In this document: positions 13,229 to 25,955 of the stretch, in pieces
How positions within the stretch are numbered: position 1 is the first letter of the stretch
Layout: each line of letters opens with the position of its first letter
Source: Octopus bimaculoides
Lineage: Eukaryota
Direction of reading: 5' to 3'
Assembly: GCF_001194135.2 (NCBI RefSeq)
Contig: NC_068984.1
Span: forward strand, 77,516,383-77,580,382
DNA length: 64,000 nt
Made by a program: the position numbers and the translations under genes
The notes under the pieces: generated by a model
Seen by the model: the letters and a program-made list of their open reading frames with translations, nothing else
Database searches by the model: none
What the model was told of the DNA's origin: nothing

Positions 13229-14274
13229 ATTGCACGCGCGTATAAATTCGGCAATCTCTTCAATATAATGATATAACTTTAGACCAAAAGTCTAGCTGTG
13301 AAATATGAAGAGAGTGAAGGAGACCCAGTACAGAGAGAAGAGGAGAGAGAAAGGGTGAGAGAGATGACGGGAAAGATTGAAAAGAGGGGACAGGAAGACG
13401 AAAAAGTGAAACTGGATACGAGAAGTATTGGAAAGAGCGGTCCTTCAAATCACTTCCTGTTGACAGTAAGAATGGACAATCTTGGTTCATCGTCAGGCGG
13501 GACACACCGCTAAAAATATTCATTGTAACTTCACGTGAGGCGTTCTGTTCAGAAAGTCTTGCAGGCCGCAGATTGTCCTTGACTGCTCTGGAGAAAGGAC
13601 ATACGTATAATGTCTATAAAAATTTTAAAAAATGATTCACGATTGAAACGCTTTTGATCAGAAGTACACTCACAGGTGTAGATTAGTTTTCGTTAATAAA
13701 ATAAATTAGCCAACAGCCTGGTCCTTCCGTCAGTGAGAAATGCTTAAAGGAAGGGCACATTAAATAATGTTGTCCGTCTCTTATAGAAAAAAAAAATAAG
13801 AGCACTGTATGAAAAGTTTTGATCATAGGCAAAGTCAATCAGAGATGAACCGAGGCAAAGTAACCACAGTAAAGAAAAACTTTTTAGATATGAATTCCTT
13901 GATCTGCCTGAAAAAGCAGACAGAATGGCTACCGTGAAAACACCTTCGATCAGACCTAGAAAGAAGCAACATAATTAACGCCCTTAAAAAATGCATTCGT
14001 GAACTCATATATTGAACGTTTTGTAGGCGTACAAAATGAAAGCTCGAATGGTCCAACAATGTCTGTAAGCATGCAGTCATCTTAGTCTTTCAGTTCTTTC
14101 GCTGTAGTATTGTTTTAAAGGAATGCATGACACAGAAAACGATGTCTCCTTGCTTTCATTGTAATGGCAAATAATTCTTTGGTACCATATCTGGTGAAAT
14201 GTTTTTCCAGGCGTTCTTCTGAACTGGTTTCGTGAATTTGCTGAAAGTCATAGGAACTGATATCTTTGAACTAA

Positions 14275-15345
14275 TGCAATTTAGAACATGTAAGCATCGG
14301 AGTTTGTCGATCGGGCAAAAAGATGTTGTCTGCAAACAAAACAGCAATTTGTTGTCCTTAACTGAGTCTAACAATCCAATTAAATAAGGTTTAGTCTTTT
14401 TCTGGAATGTCATTAACTTACAGCTCGGAAAATATGCATGTTTATACTCATTATAATACAAGAAAATCGAAATCGAGGCTGATCAGCCTCGTTTTGATTT
14501 TGCACATGCGCTTTAATTCTACTTCCGATTCGGTAGTTTTGCTCTCCATGATTTGCATATGTTGGCTTAATTTTAAGGAAAACAAATTATATAAACAAAC
14601 TGAATACATTAATTGATGAAGTTAAACTAGCAAAATCTTATCTATCGTCTGCTTAATTGTCAGCATCAACAACATTCTCATTGGTGATTCGTAAACGATT
14701 CATTCTAACAGGAAGTAAGTGACATCTTCAATGTATATTTCGCTCTCTCTTTCCTTTTTTTTTTCCTTTCTTATTTATCTCTCTCTGTTTCTCTCCCTGT
14801 ACTTCTCTTTCTCCTTTCTTTCTTATTTACGAACTCCAGTTCGTCTTTTTCTGAGATTTATTGCTTCTCTTTCATTCTCTGAATATGTCTACTTTTGTTT
14901 TTATGTTTATCACAAAAACAAATTGATAAACAGTTTCCAAATAAAGTAGACACTCGTTTGTAGGACCAGATAAGGAAACTAACATTATTAATTACCTTCG
15001 CTCTTTACGTACTGAAATAAGAAGGCACTCACTTCCTAATCATACGCCTTTTCACAGAAGACATAGTGCCTACGTTCACAAAACCGATCTTAACTGAGAG
15101 CAAAATCAAGAAGGAACTCTCTAAGTAGTCTTTCTCCATCCGTGATCCCTGGTAGAACTGTTTTTTTTTTTTATTTACGTTCCCTGGTTAGCATGAAGTT
15201 TACCGTGAGAATAAATTGTCCTTAAAATATATATATGTACAGTTTTCATGTTTTATGAAATAAATGTACGTTCTATACATTCTTTATGTCACATAGTGTT
15301 TACATGAAATTATGGGATGTCATTGTCGTCACTTCCGGATTTTAT
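14275..15345 (+). promoter_or_regulatory. Repeated promoter/first-exon module, copy A
   Basis: gcacatgcgc 14502-14511, cttccg 14522, uORF 14616-14630, donor GAA|GTAAGT at 14714/14715, cacttccggat about 15330. Homologous to copies B-D. Confidence 0.65.
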
Positions 15346-16490
15346 CGCAATTCACTTTCATTTTTTGGGGTAATTTACTTTCACTTTTTTTTATGACAGT
15401 AAACTGCATGTTAAACCCGTTCACTCAAGGTTTTGCGAGTACACCAATGATGCCACAGTCCAAAGCAGACATTTTAAAAAATATTAATTAACGCTCCGAC
15501 TTATTTTCGCATGCGCGCGCGTGTGCGGTCTCGCGCCATTTATTTTGAAATTACTCTACAGTTAGTCTTTATCCAGTTTTTGTGAGAAAATGTTTGATCA
15601 AAAGCATTCCAACCATGCCCATCTTGATTTATGGAGCAAAAGTTTTTCCTAGACAGCATTATCGTGTCTTTCTCATCATAATGGTCCAGATCAGAAAGTT
15701 CTTCAAAAATATTTAACAATCTGATTTAATTTTCTCTTTTTGCATATGCAGTTATATTTGAATTCAAATTGCAACTGAAGCAGTAAACAATATGAATCAA
15801 AATGAATACAGTTTAAATAGCCTTTAGTAATGCAATTCAGGATAATTAAGAATTGCAATTGATATTTGTTACCACACACAAGAATTCAATTGGAAAATTT
15901 TCATTACTTTTTCTTTACTGGGTTCAGAAGAAAAGGCAATGCCTATGGCCTTTGCAGACCCTCTGATGTCATAGAGATTGAATCTATTAATGTTTCCTTT
16001 GAATTATTGCAAGTCACCCTTGTGGGAAAGACATGAGTACAGAACAAATTCCAGAGGGCCATTATTCTGTAAAGGAAGGATTAGGTATTATGGCTGATGC
16101 AGGGCCTGGTGAACTGGGTTTGGTGCAAAAGGTGTGATAAGAGGAGAAGAAATGAGTAGAACAGGAATGCCTGAGTGTAGTTGGCATGGGTCCAGACAAC
16201 ACTGAAGAGTAGAGTCCATTATAGAGCAAGCAGAAAAGGCTGAGACAACAAAATGCCTATGGCCCAGAGGCTGGACAATGTCTTCAAATAATATATGCCA
16301 GACATTGAGGTGGCTCTTTTCCAAATGTTACGGTTTTAACATGTCTGTGTGAGAAGCAGTAGCACCATCCCTGAGGGGGAGCCATTCTTCATTGTGGTTT
16401 TCATGTGATTTTTGCAGAAATGTCAATATTGCTGGCAGATGAAGTATCTTGTAGACTTGGAGAGAAGGGTTAGTCATTGGGATGCAGTAC

Positions 16491-16872
16491 TGTTGGCACT
16501 CCGTCGCTTACGACATCGAGGGTTCCAGTTGATTTGATCAATGGAACAGCCTGCTCATGAAATTAACGTGCAAGTGGCTGAGCACTCCACAGACACGTGT
16601 ACCCTTAACGTAGTTCTCGGAGATATTCAGCGTGACACAGTGTGATAAGGCTGACCCTTTGAATTACAGAGACAACAGAAACAGGAAGTAAGAGTGAGAG
16701 AAAGTTGTGGTGAAAGAGTACAGCAGGCTTCGCTACCATCCCCTACTGGAGCCTCGTGGAGCTTTAGGTGTTTTCGCTCAATAAACACTCACAACGCCCA
16801 GTCTGGGAAACGAAACCGCGATCCTATGACCGCGAGTTCACTGCCCTAACCACTGGGCCATTGCGCCTCCAC
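16491..16872 (-). mobile_element. tRNA-derived SINE family Y, full length with TSD
   Basis: A/B-box head gtggaggcgcaatggcccagtggttagggc...ggtttcgtttccc. 9-bp TSD atgcagtac at 16482-16490 and 16874-16882. Second copy at 49247-49627. Confidence 0.9.
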
Positions 16873-16996
16873 AATGCAGTACTAGCTATGTGAAGAATGT
16901 TTTTTGCTAGGAGTAATCCTCATTGATATTGTGGTCCAATAATTTGTGTGATTGCGAAGGGTCTGGTTGTGTGTTGCTCATTTGCAAGAGAGGCGT

Positions 16997-17393
16997 AATA
17001 CTCTCTCTTTTACTTGTTTCAGTCATTTGACTGCGGCCATGCTGGAGCACCACCTTTAGTCAAGCAAATCGACCCCAGTACTTATTCTTTGTAAGTCTAG
17101 TACTTATTCTATCGGTCTCTTAGGCCGAACCTCTAAGTTACGGGGACGTAAACACACCAGCATTGGTTGTTAAGCGATGTTGGGGGACAAACACAGGCAC
17201 ACAAACTTATATATATATATATACATATATACGACAGGCTTCTTTCAGTTTCCGTCTACCAAATCCACTCACTAGGTTTTGATCGGCCTGAGGCTATAGT
17301 GGAAGACTCTTGCCCAAGGTATCACGCAGTGGGACTGAACCCAGAACCATGTGGTTGGTAAGCAAGCTACTTACCACACAGCCACTCCTGCGC
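16997..17393 (-). mobile_element. tRNA-derived SINE family Z (major octopus-type SINE)
   Basis: Head gcgcaggagtggctgtgtggtaag...gggttcagtccc with a central (TA/CA)n. Near-identical copies at 43311-43735 and 56321-56697. Confidence 0.9.
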
Positions 17394-17811
17394 ATGTGTA
17401 GCAATTCTGTTTTCTTACTGTTGAAAGAGAGAAGATTAGCATATCCCCATTGGGGAATGCTTTTGAATCCTATGTCCATGGAATCAGTGTGGTGTCTTCG
17501 TTGCAAGTAGATGATGCAGGGTTGGAGATGTATTAGGCTGAATGTAGTACCGTGGTTAAGAGTGTGCATTGTTAAACATGAAGGTAAGTAGGCTACTGAT
17601 GTATAGAAGAAAGAGAGAAGGGAACGAAACTGAACCATGAGGCACACCAGAGTTGATGGAGTGAGCAATAGAAAGAGTTCTATCACCATACAGTACAATT
17701 TGATAGAAAGCTACCAATCCAAGTGATGAGATATGGTTGGAACCTGTTGTTAAGCAGCTTCAATAAGAGAATCATGTACCAGGCATGGTCAAAAGCATTT
17801 CATATTCTCTA

Positions 17812-18205
17812 CATCATCATCGTCGTCATCGTTTAATGTCCGCTCTCCATGCTGGCATGGGTTGGACAGTTTGACTGACGGCTAGCAAGCCAGAAGGTTA
17901 CACCAGGCTCTAATCTGATCTGGCAAAGTTCCTACAGCATGATGCCCTTCCTAACGCCAACCACTCTGAGAGTGTAGTAGGTACTTTTTATGTGCCACCA
18001 GCACCACTGGCATCAACCACACTCAAATGGTGCTTTTTATGTGCCACCGGCACTGGCAACGACCATGCTTGAATGTTGTTTTTTACATATCACTGGCACA
18101 GGAGCCACAGTCAGGCGGCACTGGTGATGATCACGCTCAAATGGTGCTTTTAACGTGCCACTGGCATGGGTGCCAACTAGGTGATACTGTCATTGGCCAC
18201 GACAT
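17812..18205 (-). mobile_element. RTE-derived 3' UTR/tail element with (GAT)n end and internal minisatellite
   Basis: catcatcgtttaatgtccgctctccatgctggcatgggttggac... shared with 19090, 23366, 27392, 41283 and 46607. Confidence 0.8.
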
Positions 18206-18219
18206 ATATATATATCTAG

Positions 18220-18445
18220 GTGTGTGTGTCTTTGTGTCTCTGTTTGTCCCCCCATTACCACTTGACAACCAGTGTTGGTGTGTTTACATCCCTGTAACTT
18301 AGTGGTTCAGCAAAAGAGTCTGACAGAATAAGTACCAGACTCAAAAAATATGTATTGGGGTCAATTCATTTGACTAAAAATTCAAGGCAATGCCTCAGCA
18401 TGGCTGCAGTCAAAAGGGACTGAAACAAGTAAAAGATAAAAGACA
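18220..18445 (+). mobile_element. SINE family Z, 3' half
   Basis: Reverse complement of the 5' part of the 16997-17393 copy. Confidence 0.7.
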
Positions 18446-18659
18446 AACGTATGTCTTTTAATTCTGTCTTGTTTGACTTTGATTCCAATTGCTGTCAACT
18501 CCATGTTCATTCTTTACACACTATTAACTCTTTTATATCAATCCACTTGTCTGAGACTACGCTGGTCTCATTATACAAAAATTTATCATTTTAAAATGCA
18601 TGTATTTAAATTTAAACCTTGCATCATAATTTTATGCTCAGACGCTAACTTAATAATAA

Positions 18660-19465
18660 TATGAATTTCAACGTTTGGCACAAAGCTAACAAGTTCAAGG
18701 AAGTGGGATACTCAATTACCCCAGTGCTTCAGTGACACTTACTTTATTAATCCCAAAAGGAGAAAAGGCAAAGTTGACCTCAATGGAATCTGAACTCAGA
18801 ACATAATGCCACTAAGCATTTTGTCTAGCATGCTAACAATTATGCCAGTTCATTGTCTTAGCTTAATGATAATAATAATAATAATAATAGTTTCAAATTT
18901 TGCCACAAGGGCAACAATTTTGGGGGAGGGGATGAGTCGATTACATCAACTGGTACTTATTTTATCAACCCTGAAAGGATGAAAGGTAAAGTTGAACTCA
19001 GAAGATAGTGACAGGCAAAATACCACTAAACATTTCATCCGGCACGCTAACGGTTCTACCAGCTTACTACTTTCTTGATAATAATAATCATCACCGTTTA
19101 ACGTCCGTCTTCCATACTGGCATGGGTGGGATGGTTTGATAAGAACTGGCCAGGCAGAAGCCTGCACCAGACTTCTGTAACTGTTTTAGCAGGATTTTTA
19201 CAGCTGGATGCTCTTCCTAACACCAACCACTCAGCAGACCAATAATAATAATTATTTCAAATTTTTGCCATGGGCAGCTTGGGGGGAAGTGGGGATGAGT
19301 CGATTCTATCGCCCCCAGTGTCCAACTGGTACTTATTTTATCGACCCTGAAAGGATGAAAGGCAAAGTCGATCTTGGTGGAATTTGAACTCAGAACATAG
19401 CAACGGCTGAAATACCACTAAGCATTTCATCCAGTGTGCTAATGATTTTGCCAGCTTGCTACCAT
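18660..19465 (-). mobile_element. Cluster of three family X SINEs plus one RTE tail
   Basis: Three successive copies separated by (AAT)n or RTE-tail sequence. Confidence 0.8.
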
Positions 19466-19484
19466 CTTAACAACAACAACAAAA

Positions 19485-19830
19485 CAAGTGACAAAAAGAT
19501 AGATGCGAATAGGCTAGAAAGATTTCAGACAAAAATCATGCCCCCCTCATTGATATGACTCTCCCAATTGGCATAACTGTATCTGTCAAGACCTACTAAA
19601 AACTGAGCAAGAATAAAGATCTTAAAGTAGAAATTGGCAAAATGTGAAACCTCAAGACTAAAACAATACCTTTTGTCATAGGTGCCCTAGGAATGACAGA
19701 AAAAAGGGCTGATTCCTACCTAGCTCATCAGATATCAGGAAACCCTAAAATGGCAGAAATTCAAAAGATAATACTCATGGGAACTGCCCATATCTTACAT
19801 AAAATACTGTCTATATAATCTAAAATTTTA
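19485..19830 (+). mobile_element. R4/Dong-like non-LTR element, restriction-like endonuclease C-terminus
   Basis: Reads ANR....DFRQKSC.LIDMTLPI...KTY*KLSKNKDLKVEIGKM*NLKTKTIPFVIGALG...EIQKIILMGTAHIL, a PD..D..K RLE-type tail. Confidence 0.65.
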
Positions 19831-19889
19831 AAACAAACTTATAATTTTCTTATGTTTTCTTAAACATTCTCTAGAGCAATACTGTGTGC

Positions 19890-20535
19890 AAAACCAAATT
19901 GTATGATGCCAGTGTGTGAACAGTCATGCTACACAGCAGTGAAACATGGGCTGTGACCACAGAGGACATGCGAAGACTTGAAAGAAATGAAACTAGTATG
20001 CTTCACTGGATGTGCAATATCAGTGTGACAGTGTAAGTGTCTTAAAAGAAAAATTGGGCATAAGAGGCATCAGATGTGGTGTACAACAGAAGCAACTGTG
20101 CTGGTATGGTCATGTAATGCATATGAACGAGGATAGCTGTGTAAAGAAGTGCCAATCTCTAACTGTGGAAGGAACCTGTGGACGAGGTAGACCCAAGAAG
20201 ACATGAGACAAGGTGGTGAAGCATTATCTTCAAAAGCTGGGTTTCATGGAGGCAATGACAAGTGAGTGAAACCTTTGGTGATATGCTGTGCTTGAAAAGA
20301 CTCATCAAGTGAAATCCTAGTTGTGACCAGAGTCAGTGACTTGTAAAAGCACCCATGTTGGTGACATGTTAAAGGCATACACTACACTTTTGGAGTGGTT
20401 GGCATTAGAAAGTGCATCCAGCCATAGAAACCAAGCTAAAAATCAGATGGGAACTTGGTACAGTTCTCCAGCTTACCAGTTCCAGTCAAACTGTCTAACC
20501 CATGCCAGCAGGGAAAGCAGATGCTAAATGATGAT
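19890..20535 (+). mobile_element. RTE LINE 3' end
   Basis: LKEKLGIRGIRCGVQQKQLCWYGHVMHMNEDSCVKKC..GRGRPKKT, followed by the 3' UTR and (GAT)n. Confidence 0.85.
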
Positions 20536-21744
20536 GACAATCTTATTTGGATCATCAACTAATATTTTTGAAAAATGTCCGATTCTGGTTTTTCATTTTT
20601 GGAATACCAAAATAGCTTTTCCTTTTGGCAGAATCATTAGCACATTGGACTGGACTAAATACTTAGCAACATTTCATCTAGCTCTTTATGGTCTGAGTTC
20701 AAATGTTGCCACAGTCAACTTTGCCTTTCATCTTTATGTGTTCAATAAAATAAAGTACCAGTCAAGTTCTTGGGTTGATGTAATAGATCATTCCCCTCCC
20801 ACTGAATCTGCTGACCTTGTGCCAAAAATTTGAAATAGTCATTGGTGACATTTGATATACCATTTTAGTCAAAATTCTTTCACTTGCTTTATTAGTTGGC
20901 ATAAACTCATATGACTTTATTTTGGTATCTCCAGTAGCTTCATAAATCATAAATTAAGATGGTGGGATTTACAGCAACTTTCTATTCAGTGATGCTTAGG
21001 GAGTTATGCAAATACCCTTTCTTGACAATTAAGGTACTAGGAATGCACCTATTCTTGACAATGCATCTAGAGGGTTTTCCAAGCACATTCTACACAATGG
21101 TATTCAGGGAGTTAACCAAACTCCTGCTGGAGGAGTTTGGAAGCAAGCAGCTTTTCCCTTCCTTATAGGGTTGGTTGATTTAGGAGTTTGGGGCAGGAAG
21201 TATAATCACTCAAATTGTAATGTTTAAATCTTGTGAATTTAGGCAACAGAACTTGAATGTCTCTGGGTTGGGAGATAAGATAAGTATGTTTCTCAGACAT
21301 GTATGGTTTTAGGGCACTAAGTTGTTTAGAGCAAGTGTGCATGCTTTTTTTGTTCCAAAGGATAGTATAGTTGTCTGGATTGCAAGATATATGGTTTCCC
21401 TCCCATGGGCAGTTATATGCTTTTTTTTTCATCATGGATTTGTGTCTCTAAAGTGTCTAATTTAATTTAATTCAATGTTTATAATCAAAAACTTCAACCA
21501 TTTATCTTTATCAATTTCTACTAGTATTGGTTTCAAATTTTAGCACACGGTCATTTGTTTTTTGAGGAAGGAGTAAGTTAATTACATTGACCCCAGTGAA
21601 AAGATGAAAGGCAAAGTTAATCTCAGCAGAATTTGAACTTAGAATGTGAGGACTGATGAAATGCCACAAAGCAGTTTGCCCAGCATGCTAATGATTCTGC
21701 CAATTCATTGCCTTGTATTCTTCTAATATTTATATCCCATAGTA

Positions 21745-22618
21745 CAAGGTGGTATCAAAAAGTTCCCAAACTAATTCTGTAGCATGCCAACAGTTGGCAG
21801 CACATGGTTGTATGTGCAGTGACCTTCATGAGACAGTGTGCCAAGTGAAATTGCTGTTGACCTCACAAATTGTGAAATTTGTGTTTTTATGATCACATGT
21901 ACACTGTAATCTGTGATTTTTGTCATGGACAGGAAGTTTGAACAACTAGCTAACGTGAAATTTTGCACTAAACTTGGGAGGCTTGTTACAGAGGCATTGA
22001 GCATGCTTCAGTAAGCCTACGGTGATGAGGCAATATGTTGTAGACAATGTTTTGAGTGGCACGGACACTTCAAAAGCAGAAGAACCTCCCTGAAAGATGA
22101 TGAGCAATGTAGAAGACCTGCCACAAGTGTCAATCCCGGTAATATGAAGAAAATTCATCAGCTTGTGCATGAGGATCATCAGAGGACAATCAACAACATT
22201 GCTGATGTTATTGGTCTGTCATATACTCGCATGCAGGTAATCCTAGCATCCGAGAAGAATTGGATTTTTCACAAAGACAATGCATCCTGTTACTGAGCTC
22301 TCCTCACTCATGAGTTTCTTGCCAAAATCAACATGGTACCACTTCCGCACCCACACTGTTCACCAGATTTAAACACCATTGGATTTCCATCTTTTCCCCA
22401 TTTCAACATTGTTGTGGAGATCAAGTGTGAATTGCAGAAGGTCCTCAACTTGCTTATAGAAAACAACTTCCAGGCCAGATTCCAAAAATGGCAGGAATGC
22501 TAGCCTGTTGTATTGCTGCACAAAGTTACTATTTCAAAGGGGATAATGTTAGAACTTATAAAAATCAGTTATTTTTTATTAAACATAACGAGTCTGAGAA
22601 CTTTTTGATACTACCTTA
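21745..22618 (+). mobile_element. Internally deleted mariner with both TIRs
   Basis: TIRs caaggtggtatcaaaaagttcccaaact and the reverse complement of agtctgagaactttttgatactacctta, with TA on both sides. HTH region reads LQ*AYGDEA...CFEWHGHFKSRRTSLKDDEQCRRP. Confidence 0.85.
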
Positions 22619-22734
22619 TATCTTTCAAAATCATAATAACATTGAGAATTTCAGACAATGAAATTTTGTTATTAACAATGTAGCTGACATACTGATACTT
22701 TATGGATACTAACTTAGATGGAAAAATTATACCT

Positions 22735-22815
22735 GGTCACTTTGGTGTAATAGCAAGCATGGTTTCCTAGACCAGATTATGAGAGATAATTAGTTCGAGT
22801 CCTGTAGGTGGGCCT
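22735..22815 (+). pseudogene. Degenerate tRNA-like sequence (possible Arg-CCT pseudogene or lone SINE head)
   Basis: A-box tggtgtaatag, anticodon arm tggt-ttCCTag-acca, B-box gttcgagtcc, partial acceptor stem. T stem broken by extra sequence; no oligo(T) terminator. Confidence 0.35.
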
Positions 22816-23365
22816 GTGGACATTTGTTCTAACATGGATTGCTGTTCACAGAGTGCCTAATGTGCCTAAATGAATGTTTATAATAAAAAAAAGTTGTTAA
22901 CCATAGTACTTAATCAAATGAATATTAAATTTCTATTTAACCCAGTATAATGTATAATTTAACATTTTTCTCAGAGCATGGTGGTAGTGGTGGTGATAGT
23001 GAATTCCTGATGTCCACCATTCAGCATTTGTAGATAGTCAAATTATTCTATGGTTTGTTTTGCTTTTGCTTTTATAATTGTTTTCAGATTGTATTCCAGT
23101 GAAATAATCACAAAAAAATTAATAAAAAAGCTGGTTTGTTAGAGTCAGTTATTCTGCTGATGTTTAAATTGGTGGATCTTTTCATTTGTTCTCAGTTTCA
23201 GTCTTTCTGGTAGTGTATCCCACCTTTTCTGCCAAATCTTGTGAGCAAGGCATTTACCACGAAAAGGGCAACATAATAAATCCAATATTAAATTAGTTCT
23301 ACTTTTTACAATATCTCTGGGAAAAGTGGGATGGAATTTGAAGGGCCTTTATATAATGAAGATAT

Positions 23366-24170
23366 CATCATCATCTTTCCATGCTGGCATGGGTTGGACA
23401 GTTTGACTGAGGGTTTGCAAGCCAGAAGGCTGCACCAGGTTCTAATCTGATCTGCCAAAGTTTCTACAGCTGGATTCCCTTCCTAATGCCAACCACTCTG
23501 AGAGTGTAGTGGGTACTTTTTACATGCCACTGGCACGAGGGCCAGTCAGCCAGTACTGGCATTGACCACGCTTGAATGGTACTTTTTTACATGCCACCAG
23601 CACAGGCGCCACTGTCATTGACCATGACAATGACTTCACTTGGCTAAACAAGTCTTTGCAAGCGCAATTTATTGCCAAATGATTGAAGGGTACTCTTAAA
23701 TGGGTTGGTTATGCTGCACTGGCCTAGGCCATGGTTATGGTCTCACTTGGCTTGCCAGGTCTTCTCAAGCACAGCATGTCTCCAAAGGTCTCAGTCACTT
23801 GTCATCGCCTCCGTGAGGCCCAACTTTCAAACGTTGTGCTTCACCACTTCATCCCAGGTCTTCCTGGGTCTACTTCTTTCACAGGTTCCCTCTACTGCTA
23901 GAGTGTGACACTTTTTCACACAGCTGTTCTCATCCATACGCAACACATGACCATACCAGTGCAGTCGTCTCTCTTGCACACCACATCTGATGCTTCTTAT
24001 GTCCAACTTTTCTCTCAGGGCACTTGCACTCTGTCGGGTTTGCACACTGAGATTACACATCCAGCAGAGCATACTAGCTTCATTCCTTGCAAGCTAATGC
24101 ATGTCCTCAGCAGTCACGGCCCATGGCTGTTCACACACATGCGTCATATAGTCTACCTTTTACTCTGAGT
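23366..24170 (-). mobile_element. RTE LINE 3' end with UTR
   Basis: ORF 23827-24072 reads LREKLDIRSIRCGVQERRLHWYGHVLRMDE...RPRKTWDEVVK. Confidence 0.85.
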
Positions 24171-25955
24171 GAGAGGCCCTTTGTCACCAGCGGAGGTAGG
24201 AGCTCTCTGAACTTTGCCCAAGTTATTCTTATTCTAGCAGCTACACACTCAGAGCATATGTATATGCTACTTCCAATCCAGGACACAACTAGTCATGCTT
24301 TTATATCACCATTCATTGAATTGAATTAAACGCTTTCTTCAAGTAGATAAATGTGAAGACAGTAAATAACTTCATATTGTGTATCATCATCATCATCATC
24401 ATTATTTTAGCATCCACTTTTACTTTCTTCCTTGGGTCAGACAGAATTTGTTGAGGTATATTTTCTAAAATAAGTGGTCATTTCTGTCACCAGTCTTCAC
24501 CTGTTTCCAAACATGATAATATTTATGCATAGCTGGACATGTTTTTTCATATGAAAAAAATAAAAGCTGGCATCACTTCTATAATGGTGACACTGGTTTG
24601 CAACTATCATGGAATAATAAGACGAGGAAACACAAACACACCCACATGTATGATAGGCTTGTTTCAGTTTCCTGCCAAATTCACTCACACAAACTTGATC
24701 TGCCTGATGTAGAACTTTCCCAATGTGCCACATAGCAGAACTGAATCCAAAGCCACATCGCTGGGAGCAAACTTTTTAACCTCATAGCTGTGCCTGGAAA
24801 TGCTTAGAGGGAAGATCTTTGAAACCAGGTGTGGACATGATTCATGTACTATAAGGATTTGCCAAGATACCCTCCAATCTTGAGTGACATGGATAGATAC
24901 ATCTATCACTCAGTGGTGTGTAGTGGTTGTAGTTTTGGGTGTGTTGCCACACCCAATGCCACCAAATTTCAAGCAGGGATATGACAAAAGTTTTCCATCA
25001 AGATTTGTGATTAATTTAATGATTAAGGTTAATACTTATGAGGAATTTGCCATTTTCAATGGGTGTGCAGTGTGCACCTAACAAACCCAGAATATACACC
25101 GCTGCTATCACTACACTTTATTAGGATTGGTATTGATTAATTCAGTGTGGATGAGCTGAGACGAGTCAATTCTCTTGGACCAGGAAAGAAAACTGGATTG
25201 GATGGGATCTCAATAAGCAAAATCAGAATAGCATGTGCAACATAGTTGATGAAATGTGACAAGGTGAAACAATAGTATCTTAAGAACATAGTTCCTGTTT
25301 CCAAATTGGGATTGCTTTCCGTTAAGGATAACTACAATATTCCTCAGCAAAGCTTTATAATGGGCTGGTTTCAACCATTAGCCCCAAACTGAGATAGAGT
25401 GTAGTTTCTGTAACAAACAGATGACTCATGCAATCTTTGGCTTTTCAGAGAATTATAGGGAAAAGAAATGAATATGCATATTATTTTACCTAGTACAACC
25501 TCATTTAACTAAAATATGACAATTTCCCTTTTTCCAGAAGCTTTCAGTTTTGCAAAAGATTTCACAATCTCAGAGATTTGAATATGCAATGACCTTCAAA
25601 ATTTGTTTACAAAAGGAGAATCATTATAAAAGCCTAATTAATGGTGATTGCAATGACTATAACAGATAAGCCTAGATATTCACAGAATATGATGAGCTGT
25701 CATAACGAAGGCATGAGAAAGGGTAAAGAAATAAAACAATAAATTTTAAGTGATTTGTAAGACAGACAGCAGTATAGAGATTATAATATTCAGGTATAGT
25801 AGTGTAAGTTAAGAAGTTTGCTTCTTCATCTTATGGCTTTGGGTTCACTCCCACTATGTAGCACCTTTTGGTAAGTTCTATAACTTCTGGGTGATCAAAG
25901 TCTTGTGAGGGAACTCGGTCAAGGGAGTCAGAAAGAAACCTATCATATACATATA

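Larger units (their letters stand above)
15950..17800 (-). mobile_element. Decayed CR1-like LINE interrupted by two SINEs
   Basis: Minus strand gives ..QWGYANLLSFNSKKTELL (post-YADD RT region) near 17400-17500 and VQPLGHRHFVV (cf. LQPLSHRR) near 16250. Confidence 0.6.

Noticed and set aside
16675-16700. aacaggaagtaag inside the family Y SINE matching the module donor motif
   Set aside because: Only 13 nt match, with no flanking homology to the modules, and the donor-like site reads GTAAGA.
16800-16872. SINE heads as true tRNA genes (also 17320-17393, 49555-49627, 58920-58992)
   Set aside because: They lack a complete cloverleaf, continue into SINE bodies and two are flanked by TSDs.
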